Source of the DNA: Camelus dromedarius
Lineage: Eukaryota
Assembly (NCBI RefSeq): GCF_036321535.1
Contig: NC_087437.1
Coordinates: forward strand, 11,410,001 to 11,474,000
DNA length: 64,000 bases
Direction: 5' to 3'
A program made the position numbers and the translations under genes. Positions 1-13,461 of this stretch are shown in pieces; within the stretch, counting starts at the first letter, position 1, and every line of letters starts with the position of its first letter. The notes under the pieces are model-generated. The model ran no database searches, was not told the DNA's origin, and was given only the letters and a program-made list of their open reading frames with translations.

Positions 1-722
1 ATACTGTCAGTGGGAATGTAAATTGGTGCAGCCACTATGGAAAACAGTATGGAGGTTCCTTAAAAAGCTAAAAATAGAGCTACCATATGATCCAGCAATC
101 CCACTCCTGGGCATATAACTGGAGAAAACTGTAACTCAAAAAGATACATCCCCACCCAATGTTCACAGCAGCACTATTTATAATTGCCAAGACAGGAAAG
201 CAACCTAAATGCCCATCAACAGATAAATAGACAAAGAAGATATGATATATATATGCAATGGAATACTATTCATCCATAAAAAAGAATAAAATAATGCCAT
301 TTACAGCAACATAGATAGACCTAGAGATTATCATACTAAGTGTGAAGTCAAAGAAAGACAGATATCATGACATCACTTTTATGTGGAATCTAAAATATGA
401 TACAAATGAACTTCTTTACAAAACAGAAACAGACTCACAGACCTTGAAAACAAATTTATGGTTACCAAAGGGGAAAGAGGGGGATAAATTAGGAGTTTGT
501 GATTAACAGATACAAACTACTATATATAAAATAGATAAACAATAACTTCCTACTATACAGTGCAGGGAACTATATTCAATATCTTGTAATAAATGACAAT
601 AGAAAAGAATCTGGAAAAAAATACATCTAAATCACTTTGCTGTACTCCAGAAAGTAACACAACATTGTAAATCAACTATATGTCAATAAAATTAAAAAAA
701 TCAATAAAATAAAAAAAAGAAA
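1..722 (+). mobile_element. L1 3' end (ORF2 tail + 3'UTR + A-rich tail), cut by window start
   Basis: Typical L1 motifs AAATTGGTGCAGCCACTATGGAAAACAG, CCATATGATCCAGCAATCCCACTCCTGGG, GGAATACTATTCATCCATAAAAAAGAAT, ending in AATAAA and A-rich tail. Confidence 0.95.
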
Positions 723-1094
723 AATCTCAATTCCTTCATTTTTAGCAGAATAAATTTAATCTGGGATGATTCAGGGTCTTGGGCATTCAATAAATATTTA
801 TCGAACCAAAATTTTTGAGCATCAGAATAACAAATGATGTTTCACCATAATCATTGCACATTATCATTGCACTTCCCAGTTCTCTAGAATAAATCTGGTT
901 TTTATACACTTCTTCTATGTGTATAAATACAAGGAGTACGGAGTGGTAGGTTGAATTTTAGTTCTTAGGTTTCCATCATTTGCTTCTCATAAAAATTCAA
1001 TAAGGGAATTTACGGTTACATGAGGGTCCTAGCTATTTTAATTCTAGGTAACTAAGGTTTTACTCTATATTAATTGTGCCTTCTCTATGGTAGC

Positions 1095-1189
1095 CTGAAT
1101 TATGCACAGAAAATTATATTCAATGGCTTGTAGTAACCTATAATGAAAAAGAATATATATATATGTATATGTGTGTGTATGTGTGTATA

Positions 1190-1225
<36 letters not shown>

Positions 1226-1290
1226 CTGAATCATTATGCTGTACACCAGAAACCAATACAACATTCTAAATCAAAAAAAAAAAAAAAAAA
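1095..1290 (+). mobile_element. Short L1 3'UTR end with internal (TA)n/(TG)n and poly(A)
   Basis: TGTAGTAACCTATAATGAAAAAGAAT...GCTGTACACCAGAAACCAATACAACATT then A run, matching other L1 ends in the window. Confidence 0.85.
1153..1224. repeat. Compound (TA)n/(TG)n microsatellite
   Basis: Directly visible. Confidence 0.95.
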
Positions 1291-1473
1291 AGAGGGAGAG
1301 AGAAAAAACAGGTTGAAAAATTTAGGCACATGATTTGTTATACTACTAGGAGGAGGGGACCAGGGACTATTTGTATGAATTCTTCCTTTTTTAACTGGTT
1401 GGGTCATCATATTTTAGATTATATCTCTGAATATATTTTTGACAAACTGCAGTGCAATCTACTTGCAGTAAAA

Positions 1474-1770
1474 TGTAGGGAAGGACCCAGCCCACAGCTG
1501 GTCCAGACAGAGGGGGTCCTCGGGAGAAGGAGGGGAACATGCAGTGACCTCCGTGGCTAGTTGGCACTGGTGCATCCGTGCCCAACGCGGGATGTGCTGG
1601 CATGGGGCTGAAGTGCCGCCTGTTAGCTTTCTCTCTCCCACTGGGTGCCTGTGTTGTTCCAGCTTAACCAAGGGTCACACACCAGACCCGATGCAACCTC
1701 CTAGAATAAAGTGTAAATAATAAGACCGGCCATAGGTATCTTTGTCACGAATAGTACCTGGCTGTAAAGT
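1474..1770 (+). mobile_element. Possible old LTR fragment
   Basis: Starts TGTAGGG, GC-richer body, AATAAA near 1705; family not recognised. Confidence 0.25.
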
Positions 1771-3017
1771 CAAGTCCTTCAGCAAAAAGGCAAAAGGCAT
1801 AGTGAGGGGCAGACTTCTTGGAGGGCTGCACTCTGCTTGTTAGCATCCCCCCTCTCTGTCGGAGTGGGTGTTTGCCTCTAGAGATGTTCAAAAGATGTGC
1901 TTCCACTAAGCCAATATCCAAACAGGTGCAGTCCTAGGGATACCCAGGACAGCATGGTTTGCGGTCCGCTCAGCAGGGAAATAAAGGGGCACCAGCAAAA
2001 AGAGAGGTGACCCTGAGGAACATCAGGTGCACAGACAGTGCAAAGGACAGAGGAGTAGATACTAAGAAGGGTCCACAGGAGCTGTATCAGTGGGAGGCAG
2101 GAAGGAGAGGGGAGAGGGAAGCACAGGGGAGTAGGGGCTCTGGAAGTTCTGACTTTACACAGCCCATCTCATTTCTGAAGGAGCCAGAGAACGCCCTACA
2201 GCAAAAGAGAAGATGGGAATTATTTTAAAGTGTGTGTGGCAGAGCTAGGGTTTAGAGGAAGGCATGACATCACAAAGTTGATCTGCATTTTACTAGCTAA
2301 GATTAACACTGAGCAGATATAATGGTAAAAGACAACTTTCTAAAATGTTATGAAAAGAAACGGGGAAGTCCAAAACAGATAGAGCACAAGCCCTGGGAAG
2401 CTTGTTTTCCTGTCTGCAGCACTGGAGGGAGTGGACTGGGAGTCACAGGAGAGCAGGCGATACACCTCAGGCAGCCTCACGGTACAGACTCCCGTGACCA
2501 CATTGTTAGTCATTTTTCCTTAAATAAGAAGTCTATTGTTTTATTCTTTTTGGAATTGAGGCATTCACAGTTAGAAAACAAACAGGCTTAACTGTTGTTT
2601 AAAACATATCCAAAGGAACCCAATGTCATTCTGAGGGAATGAATTCCCAGCCTGCAAGGAAGGTCTGCTCAGTGTTTCCCATGGCATGTCAGGCCTGGGT
2701 CATCCTCAGTTTGGTCACCACCATAGGATTTTGGACCTGGAAAACTCTTCAGGTTTATCTGATTCAACTCTCACACCTTCTACGAAAAAAAAATTGAGGC
2801 CTTCAAAGGGTGAGCGAGCTGGTACAGCTTAGATGGTTGGCTGGTGGAGGACAGAGGGCAAAGACTCTGGTTTCTCAGCTCCAGTTCTTTAAAATGAACA
2901 TTTGCAGATGGTACTCATTCAAGTATAAGTTTCATCATTTTGGATAACAACTGTGCTTGATATTTCCCTCCAAATCAACTTACACTTTAAAAAAAATTAA
3001 ATTTGTTGAAGGAGACC

Positions 3018-3166
3018 TGTCCATTGACAGATAACTGGATAAAGAAGCTGTGGTGTATATATACACAATGGAATACTACTCAGCCATAAAAAAGAATAAA
3101 ATAATGAATTTGCAGCAATATGGATGGACCTGGAAATTGTCAATCTAAGTGAAGTAAGCCAGAAAG
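3018..3166 (+). mobile_element. Internal L1 fragment with no poly(A) tail
   Basis: TGTCCATTGACAGATAACTGGATAAAGAAG...AGTGAAGTAAGCCAGAAAG, homologous to 23525-23660. Confidence 0.9.
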
Positions 3167-3171
3167 GTACG

Positions 3172-3512
3172 GAATTTAGTTCCCTGTGCTATACAGTAGG
3201 TCTTTGTTGTTAATCTGTTTTATATATAGTAGTGTGTATCTGTTAATCACAAGCAGCTCTTAATTTATGTCTCCCCTCCTCATCCCTTTCACTTTTGGTA
3301 ACCATAGTTTGCTTTCTATGTCTGTGCATCTACTTCTGGTTTGTAAATAAGTTCATTTGTATCATTTTTTTAAGATTCTACATTTAGAAGTGCTATTACA
3401 TGATATTCATCTTTCTCTGTCTGACTTACTTCACTTAGTATGATCATCTCTATGTCCATCCATGTTGCTGCAAGTGGCAATATTTCATTCTTTTTATGGC
3501 TGAGTAATACTG

Positions 3513-3573
<61 letters not shown>

Positions 3574-3810
3574 GTAAATGTATATATATATTTACACACA
3601 CACACATATCCCCCACATGTTCTTTATCCATTCATCTATTAATGGACACTTAGGTTGCTTCCATATCTTGGTTACTGTAAACAGTGCTGCTATGAACATT
3701 GGGGTGCATATGTCTTTTTGAATTAGAGTTTTCTCCAGATATGTGCCCAGGAGTGGGATTGCTGGATCATATGGTAACTCAATTTTTGGTTTTTTTTTAG
3801 GAGCCTCCAT
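3172..3810 (-). mobile_element. L1 ORF2 tail/3'UTR fragment
   Basis: Reverse complement of L1 3' region; ORF 3592..3870 gives [14 protein letters not shown]...FIAALFT...WKQPKCP, an L1 ORF2 C-terminal motif. Confidence 0.95.
3518..3571. repeat. (TA)n microsatellite, ~26 units, inside L1
   Basis: Directly visible. Confidence 0.97.
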
Positions 3811-4510
3811 GGCGTAGAACCCTCCCCCAGACCCCCAGGGGTGCAGAGCTCGAACCTGGGGAACAAACAATACAGCAATGTTCCGTGTTGCACGTATTTT
3901 GTGACTGAAGGAAGAATCTCTAACCTTTGTGGTCTTACCTCAAAACTCAGTCTTAACAGGATATTTTAAAGGCTCCTTTCACTTTAAAGACTCAGCATCC
4001 TTTTTACTAAATCAAATTTAATACACCCCAAAGCACCTATACCAATTTCTAACACACACTAGGGTGCTCAATACATTTGTTAAAGGAACAAATTGATGAT
4101 TTATAGTTTTAATTAGGCTTGACTTCTATGACAATAATTTCCTCCTTTGATTTTTTCACATGGAGAGTCTTTGCTTAAAATAAATTAAGTTGCATTACAG
4201 AAATTCTTTAATTCTTTTCTGAGGGTGCCTGGCAAAACTAAGTTTCATTATCTAAGACATCACGTAGTACAAGAAAGCAATTACTTGGACAATTACAGTC
4301 CCACAAATCTATTTCAGAATGAACAATTTCAATAACTAGGTAAGACAATGATGGAGACTTGAAAAGACTGTTGGCTGAGATGAATTCCCTGGACTTTGTG
4401 TCTTGAGCATTGGCAGGAGATGAAAGCACAGGACAGAAAAATGCACTATAATAATTGGAATTGCTTCTTGTTGGGTGTCAGTTACCTTTACCCCAGAGAG
4501 CCACTGATTG

Positions 4511-4943
4511 TTCTTTTTTAGGTTTAATTCTATTTATTTCTTTTTAAATTGAAGTATAGTTAATTTACAATGTTGTGTTAGTTTTGGGTAGACAGCAAAG
4601 TGATTCAATTATACATATACATATATACTTATTCTTTATCAGATTCTTTTCCATTATGGGTTATTACAAGGTATTTAGTATAGTCCCCTGTGCTATACAG
4701 TAGGTCCTTGTTTATCTATTTTATATATCGTAGTGTGTATCTGCTAATCCCAAACTCCCAATTTATCCCTCCCCCTCTTTCCTTTTTGGTAACCATAGTT
4801 TGTTTTCTATGTCTGTGAGTGTATTTCTGGTTTGTAAATAAGTTCATTTGCATCATTTTTAAAGATTCTACATATAAGTGATATCTGTCTGACTTACTTC
4901 ACTTAATACAATCATCTCTAGGTCCATCCACGTTGCCACAAAT
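4511..4943 (-). mobile_element. 5'-truncated L1 with target-site duplication
   Basis: T-rich tail then TTGAAGTATAGT...; TSD GAGCCAC[T/A]GATT at 4498-4509 and 4944-4955. Confidence 0.93.
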
Positions 4944-4994
4944 GAGCCACAGATTTTTAAAGTATTTCCTGTGACTGATGTGGCTGGAAGAAGG

Positions 4995-5200
4995 CATGTG
5001 GTACAGTGGACAGTATATGGAACAGAGGGGTCTGGACTTCAATCCCCTCTTTGCCTCTGACTGTGGTATAAACTTGAAAGTTATTTATTCTGAATTCCGA
5101 CTTCCTCCACTGTAAGATGGGAGTGGGGGCAGTGATGCCAACCTCATAATTCTGTAATACTGCTGATTGTACTGTCCCTGGCAAATAGCAAACAACACGT
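4995..5200 (+). mobile_element. MIR fragment
   Basis: Degenerate MIR: GCATGTGGTACAGTGG...TTCAATCCCCTCTTTGCCTCT...TTCCTCCACTGTAAGATGGG. Confidence 0.65.
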
Positions 5201-6082
5201 GAGGCATCTGCTTATGACGTCCAAGGGCTTGCTGGGGTTAATAATGAATAATTGAGCCCTAAAATTTTTGGATAAGTAGAATCATGGAGCATTTAAAAAT
5301 TTACTCTACACTGTCCTTGGTAAGTGCCTGCAGGATTCTGTCTTAGTTCTGAAGAGAATTGCCACTAATTTATCATGCGCTAACAAGTTGCCTTCACTTA
5401 AAAGTGAGTGATACTGCCTTACTCGTAGTTGGGGATACATTTTTCCCTGGCAAAGAATTTTTGCTCATTTAATCACACTTTTCTCAAAACCATACCCATA
5501 TGAGTCAAGGGAAGAGAACCAAACCAACTTCTTTTCTGGCAGAATTAAGCCGTGATTACATAGTTTCTTTTCTGCCATCGCATCTCATCCAGCTGCAGTC
5601 ATATCTTGTTGTGACCGTGAAAGTCAACTCAGATCCTTGGTTGCTAAGCAGCTTCTCTGTAAGGAATTATTTTCTTACTTATACTGAAATGTTTTTCTGT
5701 GCTCATGGTCTTGTTTCCTATTAAAGTTCATTGAACTCTCATTTATTTTTAGACCATCTGGGTCCAAAACAGCAAAGAAAATTAAATGTTCCGTCTTTTA
5801 AAAATAAACCTCAGTACCAAATACTTGTTGGTGTTGACTCAGTTTCAGATGATTCAATAGATGATATCATCACATGGAACTCACTCGTCCAAATTCTGCT
5901 TACAACCGAAGAACCAGTGGGAAGCACTCCCCTGTATATGCATTTTGCTTTTCATAGAAAGAATGCAACGGTTTGCTCTGAACTGAACACACAGACACAC
6001 ACCTACCCCATAAGTCAACTCTATCCAGGAGCTGGCAATGGTAATTTTAGGATTTGCATGGGTGGTTAACTTGCAAATCTTT

Positions 6083-6190
6083 CGTTTATTTAACAAATAC
6101 TGAGCACCTGTAAAGTATCAGGCACATATTCAAGTGCCTGGGATACATCAATGAACAAGACAGACATCCCTTCCTCATGGAGTTGACATA
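6083..6190 (-). mobile_element. L2 3' end
   Basis: TTTAACAAATACTGAGCACCTG...CAGGCAC...GAACAAGACAGAC...CCTCATGGAG. Confidence 0.7.
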
Positions 6191-7470
6191 GCAGGTGACC
6201 ATTTGGGAACCTCTTCAATAACTATCAAGAAGAATATTACATGAATTAATAGATCTCATCGCCACAGGCTATGGTTATAACTGGAGAATGAGAAGAGAAC
6301 TATATGATCAGAGGCCACACACAGTAGTCATCACTCTCAAACCTGTGCCTGTCAGTGGTGGAACCCTTCCTGCTTTGCAGCAAAATGAGAAGAAAAAGGG
6401 GTGACACTCTCTATTGGACATGAGCACAATTTGTTATTTGTAGTTTCAAAATCCAGGAATGTCAGAGAATGGAAAGTTTTTTCATAACTTATTTGGGGGT
6501 AAAAGCTGCCCTGGTTTCATAAGGTGTTCTGTTAAGTCTTCATCAATTCAATTTAGTGTGAATATTCACGTTTCACTGCAAAAATGTGCATGTGTTTGAT
6601 ACAGTGTGGGATGTTTCCTCTGATGCCACAACACTACCTTCATACCTTTCTAGAACCCCATCCCCCCAAAAAATCTGAATTCTGAGATCTGTCTGGCAAG
6701 GACTTTGGATCAGGACGGTGGACCTGTCTGGAAATAACCCTTGTAAGGTTGCCCACCATATTTTCTTGGAAAGCTTATCTTTTTCTCCTGATACTGTCTT
6801 TCTGGATTTGGGTTTTTTTTTTTTTTTTTAATGCTCTTTCCTTTATGTGGTGAGAGCCAATAGTAGCTGTTGGTTTGCTCTGGTTTCAAATATCTTAATT
6901 TGGCAACATAGAAAGGTTGGCAGTCCCCTGTTTCTTTTTAAGTATGGTGCTCATCTGTGAAATGTGAAATTCAGGGTGAGACTGACCTAGAATAGCAAGC
7001 CTGCTTCCTAGTCACTCACATTCCACCCGCAATCCATCTGCCCTATTATTGATGATAGTTCTTTAAAGTGACCCACTTACAAAAGCTGAAATAAACTTCT
7101 TGAAAAAAATGGAAAAATCTGTATCCTTTGCCATCAAGAGGAGGTCACTGAAAAATGAATGTGGTCAAAACAAAACACTCTCTCTTGGTCCACCTAAAAC
7201 CACCTGGGGATCTCACACGTGTTTCTGTCCTTGAAATGGGCCAGCAACAAAGCATTTCAGGTTTCTTTCTGACAGCTAACCTTCATCTCTACCAAGACAA
7301 TTTAATTTCCTTTTGTTCTGACTTGGAAGGGAAAATCATCAACCTCTTTCCAAGTATTTCACATGTCCCACAATGATCATCAAGTCACATCGTGGATTTT
7401 TCCCCGCAACCTGGATCTCCATTGTTCCAGTGTAGCCCTGGATTCCCTTCCTCTTACAAGGGTATAGCCC

Positions 7471-7636
7471 GATGCTTCTCAAACTCTCACAGGCGCTCAG
7501 CTCCCCTGAGGTTCTTGTCAAAATGCGGACTTCGATTCAGCAGATCTGCAGGCAGGGGTCTGAGATAAGCTTTTCTCCCAAGCTCCCAAGTGATGCTGCT
7601 GCTTCTGGTCCCAGGACCACACTCTGAGGAGCAGTG
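7471..7636. mobile_element. MER5A-like hAT-Charlie MITE
   Basis: CTTCTCAAACT...CTTGTCAAAATGCGGA...AAGCTCCCAAGTGATGCTGCTGC...GGACCACACT. Confidence 0.8.
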
Positions 7637-8477
7637 GTGTCCATGGCAATGAGATTGACGGGACTGACTGGAGGGATGGGATGAACGAGGTTATGTTTGG
7701 AGATTTTTGCTGTTCTTCTTTGCCCTATAATTTCCAAGAGTGCTTTCCTAAGAGTGATTGGGAGAGCACAGCCTTAAATTATTTTTATTTCCATTCCGTA
7801 ATTGAGTCTGCGGCAAACTGACTTTTCCTAATCTCTACTTCTCTGCATCTGATGGTACTTACACTGGCCTAATGGTATACATTGCACTGAAGCTCTGCTT
7901 ACACGGACTGAAATTGTTTAGAGCAAAAACCAAAAGGATAAGCAATTAAGGTTAACTGGGGAAGCGAATCAGTGTTAACTCCTTTTAAGTTCCTACAGAT
8001 TCATCCATAAATTAAGTTCTCTTTCTTTGTCAATTATATATGTGCATAATATTATCTTACTTTTCCAAAAAAATTATCTCAAGAAATCAGGAATGTATGT
8101 GGGCACGAGCAATTTGTAAGGCCTTTGTAACGACCAGTTTAATGACTCTCATTCCTTGTCTGTTTCCCTTTCCTTCCTTTCTTTCCAACATGGCCATTTC
8201 TCTTTTTTTCCACTATCATGATCAAAAGCATTTGTATCCTAGTTCTGACATACAAACAAGCTGAAATTCACAGGGTACCTGCCTTGAGGAAGTGAAGCAA
8301 AGATTCATCATATTTAATTCACTGCAAAAATACCACATTGTTGCTTTCCCAGTTAGTGGTTTTGGTTCACTGGATTTTAAGAAACACAGAGCTTAACAGG
8401 AAATTGCATGGCCAGCAAAGTTTTCACTCAAATATCTTACACTGTTTGCTTTTCCATTTATTTTTCTCTGAGACAGT

Positions 8478-8947
8478 TTTTATTTATTCAATTTTCCTTA
8501 TTAGAGTATAGTTGATTTACAATGCTGTATTAGTTTCAGGGGTACAGCAAAGTGGTGTGTGTGTGTGTATATATATTCTTTTCTCTGATTCTTTTTCATT
8601 ATAGATTATTACAAGATAGTGAATATAGTTCCCTGTGCTATAAAGTACACCCTTGTTATCTATTTTAATTGTGGTAGTGTGTATCTGTTAATCCCAGACT
8701 CCTACTTTATCCCTCTCCCCTTCCCTTTTCGTAACCATAGCTTGTTTTCTATATCTGTGAGTCTGTTTCTATTTTGCAAATAAGTTCAATTGAACTATTT
8801 TTTAGATTACACATATGCAATTTCATATAACATTTATCTTTCTCTGTCTGATTTCCTTCATTTAGTATAATAATCTCTAAATCCATCCATGTTGCTGCAA
8901 ATGGCATTATTCCATTCTTTTTAATGGCTGAGTAATATCCCATTCTT

Positions 8948-8993
<46 letters not shown>

Positions 8994-9830
8994 ACACTTT
9001 CTTTATCCATTTATCTGTTGATGGACACTTAGGTTGTTTCCATGTCTTGGTGATTGTAAATAGTGCTGCTATGAACTTTGGGGTGCATGTATCTTTTCGA
9101 GTTAGAGTTTTCATCTTTTCCAGATATATGGCCCAGAGTGGGATTGCTGGATCATATGGTAGCTCTGTTTTTAGTTTTTTAAGGAAACTCCATACTGTTT
9201 TCCATAGTGGCTGCACCAATTTCATTCCCAACAGCAGTGTAGGAAGGTTCTCTTTTCCCCACGCCCTCTCCAGCATTTATTATTTGTAGACTTTTTAAAT
9301 GATGGCCATTCTGACTGGTGTGAGGTGATATCTCACTGCAGTTTTGATTTGCATTTCTCTAAGAATTAGTGATGTTGAGTATCTTTTCATGTGCCTACCG
9401 GTCATCTGTATGTCCTCTTTAGAGAAATGTCTATTTAGGTTTTCTGCCCATTTTTTGATTGAGTTATTTATTTTTTTTGATATTGAGTTGTATAAGCTGT
9501 TTGCATATTTTGGAAGTTAAGCCCTTGTCAGTAACATTGTTTGCAAATATTTTCTCCCATTCCATAGGTTGTCTTTTTGTTTTGTTTACAATTTCCTTTG
9601 CTGTACAAAAGCTTGTAAGTTTGATTAGGTCCCATTTATTTATTTTTACTTTTATTCCTTTTGCCTTGAGAGACTGACCTAAGAAAATATCGCTATGATT
9701 TATGCCAGAGAATGTTCCGCCTATGTTCTCTTATAGTTTTATGGTGTCATGTCTCACATCTTTATTTCAGTCTTTTTGAGTCTCACAGCTTTATTTTCAG
9801 GCCATTTTGAGTTGATTTTTATGACTGACA
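8478..9830 (-). mobile_element. L1, ~1.35 kb, 5'-truncated (ORF2 C-terminal region + 3'UTR)
   Basis: ORFs 8749..8943 and 8992..9276 translate to L1 ORF2 motifs ([36 protein letters not shown]...FAATWMDLE). Confidence 0.97.
8947..8993. repeat. (TCTA)n tetranucleotide microsatellite
   Basis: Directly visible, ~11 units. Confidence 0.95.
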
Positions 9831-10849
9831 AGAGTTTTTATACTCTCTTTTTGACCAGGTTAATACTTTTAAAATCTATACCATCTAAACTCTCTATGTG
9901 TACCTATTAGAATTTGGGCATCAATCTATTTTTCTTTATCTGTCCATCTGTTTACAAGTTGAGGAGAAAGTGAGAAAGAAGAGCAACCAGGCAAGTGAGT
10001 TCTAGCCCCACATTCACACAGCAGCAGCCTTTCTGCTTAGTGGAGTGACTCCAATCTCTGTGAGCCTCTGTTTACTTACCTGTAAAAGTGGACTACCTGC
10101 CTTATTGTGGGAGAATGGAATGATGCAATTCATACAAAGCACTTAACACAGAGCCTGCTTCATTGAGCTCAGTAAAACTATTCTTCTTCTAAGATCCCAT
10201 GGGAACAGATGCAATTGTTCCTCCAATAAGCCCTGGGGTTTTCTTCTAAGGAAAGTTCGTGTCACTGTTTGTCGAATCAAGGCTTGTGGAACAACTGAGT
10301 TTTTAAAGGGTAGAGTTGATTTTTAAGAAGTTATTCTCTCAACTTACATTAAAAAAAAAAATAGTGCAACTTTGCCATGTACTGTCTTGTGGCCTAATCT
10401 TCTTTTTCTATCTAAATAGTGAAGCAATTGGACTAGAAGGTCTATAATAAGAAATATATTTTGCATTGCCAGGCCCCCCAGCCACATACCCCCAAACAGG
10501 GTCAACAAACGATATTTACTCTTTCTGTGAGAGACGTTTTATGGTAGCTTCTATTCTGATCTACTGTTTTGCATTTTAAAAAGCTGGATATGACCCACTT
10601 TGCTCATTTCATGCTCACTTGTCACAACTTGCAGTTTGGGAGCCCTGGACCAGATGACCTCTACACCTCTGCTTCTGCCAGCAGGTGCCACCTCCAATTC
10701 CAGCAGGTGGCTGTGAATAGAATTCTTTTGAGGACCAAAGTAGCCTTCAAGTCTAACATTCTATAACCAGAATTTTAGGACCAGCTGTATTTTCGGTTTA
10801 AAGCACTCTGTTTTTCCTGCTGTCATATAGTACTGTTTATGGATTGTAC

Positions 10850-11325
10850 GTATATATATAATGGAATATAATTCAGCTATAAAAAAGAGTGTAATTTTGC
10901 CCTTTGCAGCAACATGGGTGGACCTGGAGATGATCATACTAAGTGAGGAAAGCCAGAAAGAGAAAGAAAAATAACATATGATGTCACTTACATATGGAAT
11001 CTAAAAAAATGATACAAAAGAACTTATTTACAAAACAGAAACAGATTTACAGACACAGAAAATAAACTATGGTTACCAAAGGGAAAAGGGTGGGGGCTGG
11101 ATAAATTAGGAGCTTGGATTAACAGATACACACTACTATATATAAAAGAAGTAAACAACAAGGACCTACAGTAGAGCACAGGGAACTATATTCAGTATCT
11201 TGTAATAACCTATAATGGAAAAGAATCTGAAAAAAATATAGATGTGTGACTGAATCTTTGTTGTACACCTGAAACTAACACAACCTTGTAAATCAACTAT
11301 ACTTCAATTAGAAATATATTTAAAA
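10850..11325 (+). mobile_element. L1 3' end
   Basis: ATGGAATATAATTCAGCTATAAAAAAG...GTAAATCAACTATACTTCAAT. Confidence 0.93.
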
Positions 11326-12094
11326 ATTTTTAAATGTGATCACCATTTTTAGGGTAAAGAACTTTTATTAAAGGTGAAGGAAAAAGGTAAAAAAATAAAC
11401 ATATTTAAAAAATGCTCTGGCAGTTTGCTCAATGCATTAATAATCACTTCTAATTTTATGAAACTTTTAAAGTTGAACAATGCCAACAAGTCTCACCCTC
11501 TTAATCTATTAATGAGGTCGCTGAAATGGATCCTCCCCGAGGACACTGCTGGCCCTCTGAAGAGGGCTCTATTGTGACAGGAAGGCACCCTTGCTGCTAC
11601 TTTACCTGCTGCTGAGAACATCATTGTCTGAGAGTTTCTCTTATGAACGGGAAGCAGTCAGGGAAAAAGAAGCCGCCAGTGGTCCTGAGAGCCTTGTTTC
11701 ATGGACAACATCATGTACTGTCCATGTGCTTTTGGTCATATTTCTATTTCTGATTTGGCTCTGACCTAGCAGGATGGAAGTGCATATCTGGGTTCTTGAG
11801 AGCAGCCTAACTCTGTGATCGACTCCTGAGGGCTTCTTTTCTGCCACCTTCTTTGGACTTCCAGAACACCCTGGGAGAAGACAGTGCAGTGCAGTGATTC
11901 TCCACCTTTGACGTGCAGCTGAGTCCCCTGGGGACTTGAAAACAAACTCGCAAGACCAGACCCTGCCCTGTGATATTCCATTCATGTGAAAGCTTTCATC
12001 ATTAGCGTTAAATAATCAAGTCAATTATTCATTCATTTATTTGTCCATTCATCAAAGAGTAAACATCTTCACCAGACATTTATGAGGCACTTAA

Positions 12095-12550
12095 AATAGT
12101 GCAGTGATTAACAGCTTGAGACCAAGGATCTCCCTGGGGTCAAATCCAGCTGTGTCATTTCTCAACATTTTGACCTTGATCAAAGTATCTAATGTTATAC
12201 GCCTCAATTTCCTTATCTGCAAACAGGAATAATGATGGAACCCGTCTCATTGGTGGTGACGTGAGAAAATAAACTTAAAAACACCAGATACTAACTACTT
12301 ATATATAAAATAGATAAACAACAAGTTCATATTGTAGAGCACAGGGAACTATATTCAATATCTTGTAGTAACTTATGGTGAAAAAGAATATGAAAATGAA
12401 TATATGTATGTTCATGTATGACGGAAGCAATGTGCTGTACACCAGAAATCGATACATTGTTAAACTGACTATACTTCAATTATATATATATAGACACTTA
12501 GCACAGTGCCAGGACATGACAACCATGCAGTAAAGGTTGGCCATTATTGT
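12095..12550 (+). mobile_element. MIR interrupted by an L1 3' end (~12285-12490, +)
   Basis: MIR core GCCTCAATTTCCTTATCTGCAAA, resuming as ACTTAGCACAGTGCC after L1 sequence TAGATAAACAACAAG...CTGACTATACTTCAAT. Confidence 0.8.
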
Positions 12551-12837
12551 TAGCATACTCTGTAGGGACCTGGGCTAGTCCTGAAGGTACAGAGATGGAA
12601 AACACTGCATGATTTAGAGCACAGACGTGAAGAGTCCAGCACCAATTAATACACAGAGTAAACGTGCAGGGCACACCTGGGTGAAACTGATGGCTATGGT
12701 GGGTGGTCAGGGAGGGAGAGTAGTATGTGCTCAGAGAAGCCTGGATGATAGATGTTGGAGTAAAGTTCTGAAGAAAGATTAGTAATCAACCACACTTCAT
12801 GTAAAAAAAATTCATGATTTTCTCATGGAATTAATTA

Positions 12838-13080
12838 TAAAAATTGTAGATACTGACAGGCATATGCAGAATAGATAAACAAGATTATACTGTATAGCAC
12901 AGGGAAATATACACAAGATCTTGTGGTAGCTCACAGCGAAAAAAAATGTGACAATGAACATATATATGTTCATGTATAACTGAAAAATTGTGCTCTACAC
13001 TGGAATTTGACACAACATTGTAAAATGACTATAACTCAATAAAAATGTAAAAAATAAAAAAGAAGAAATTTAAAAAATAT
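12838..13080 (+). mobile_element. Young-subfamily L1 3' end
   Basis: Near-identical to 61770-61985 and 23820-24000 (GCTCACAGCGAAAAAAAATGTGACAATG...GACACAACATTGTAAAATGACTATAACTCAATAAAAA). Confidence 0.93.
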
Positions 13081-13234
13081 ATATGAATACTTTCAAACAA
13101 AATAATATTGAAAATGTTTAAGTTTTCAGTAATCATTGTTTTTGGTTGGGGGTGGGATGAGTTACCAATTCCATGGCTTTTAAAGGGAGAAGTTGCAGAA
13201 ATATCTGTCAATCAAGGCTGGAGGGTGGTCTAGA

Positions 13235-13461
13235 CTATTGGTCTCAATAGGGAATAATGTTGCCCTGCAGGGGACATTCGGCAGTGTCTGGAGACATTTT
13301 TTTAAATTGTCATGACTGGAGATGGGGTGCTACTGGCATCTAGTGGGTGGCGGCCAGGGATGATGCTAAAATCCTGCAACACACAGAACAGCCCCTGTAA
13401 CAAAGAACCCCTGTAACAAAGAATGATCTGGATCAAAACGCCAATAGTGTCGACCTAAACC
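13235..13461 (+). mobile_element. MER20-like hAT-Charlie element
   Basis: CAGGGGACATTCGGCAGTGTCTGGAGACATTTT...TGCTACTGGCATCTAGTGGGT...GCCAGGGATGATGCTAAA. Confidence 0.88.

Noticed and set aside
8749..9677. ORFs as cellular protein-coding genes (also 3592..3870, 25095..25709, 51861..52066)
   Set aside because: Broken L1 ORF2 remnants or their antisense frames
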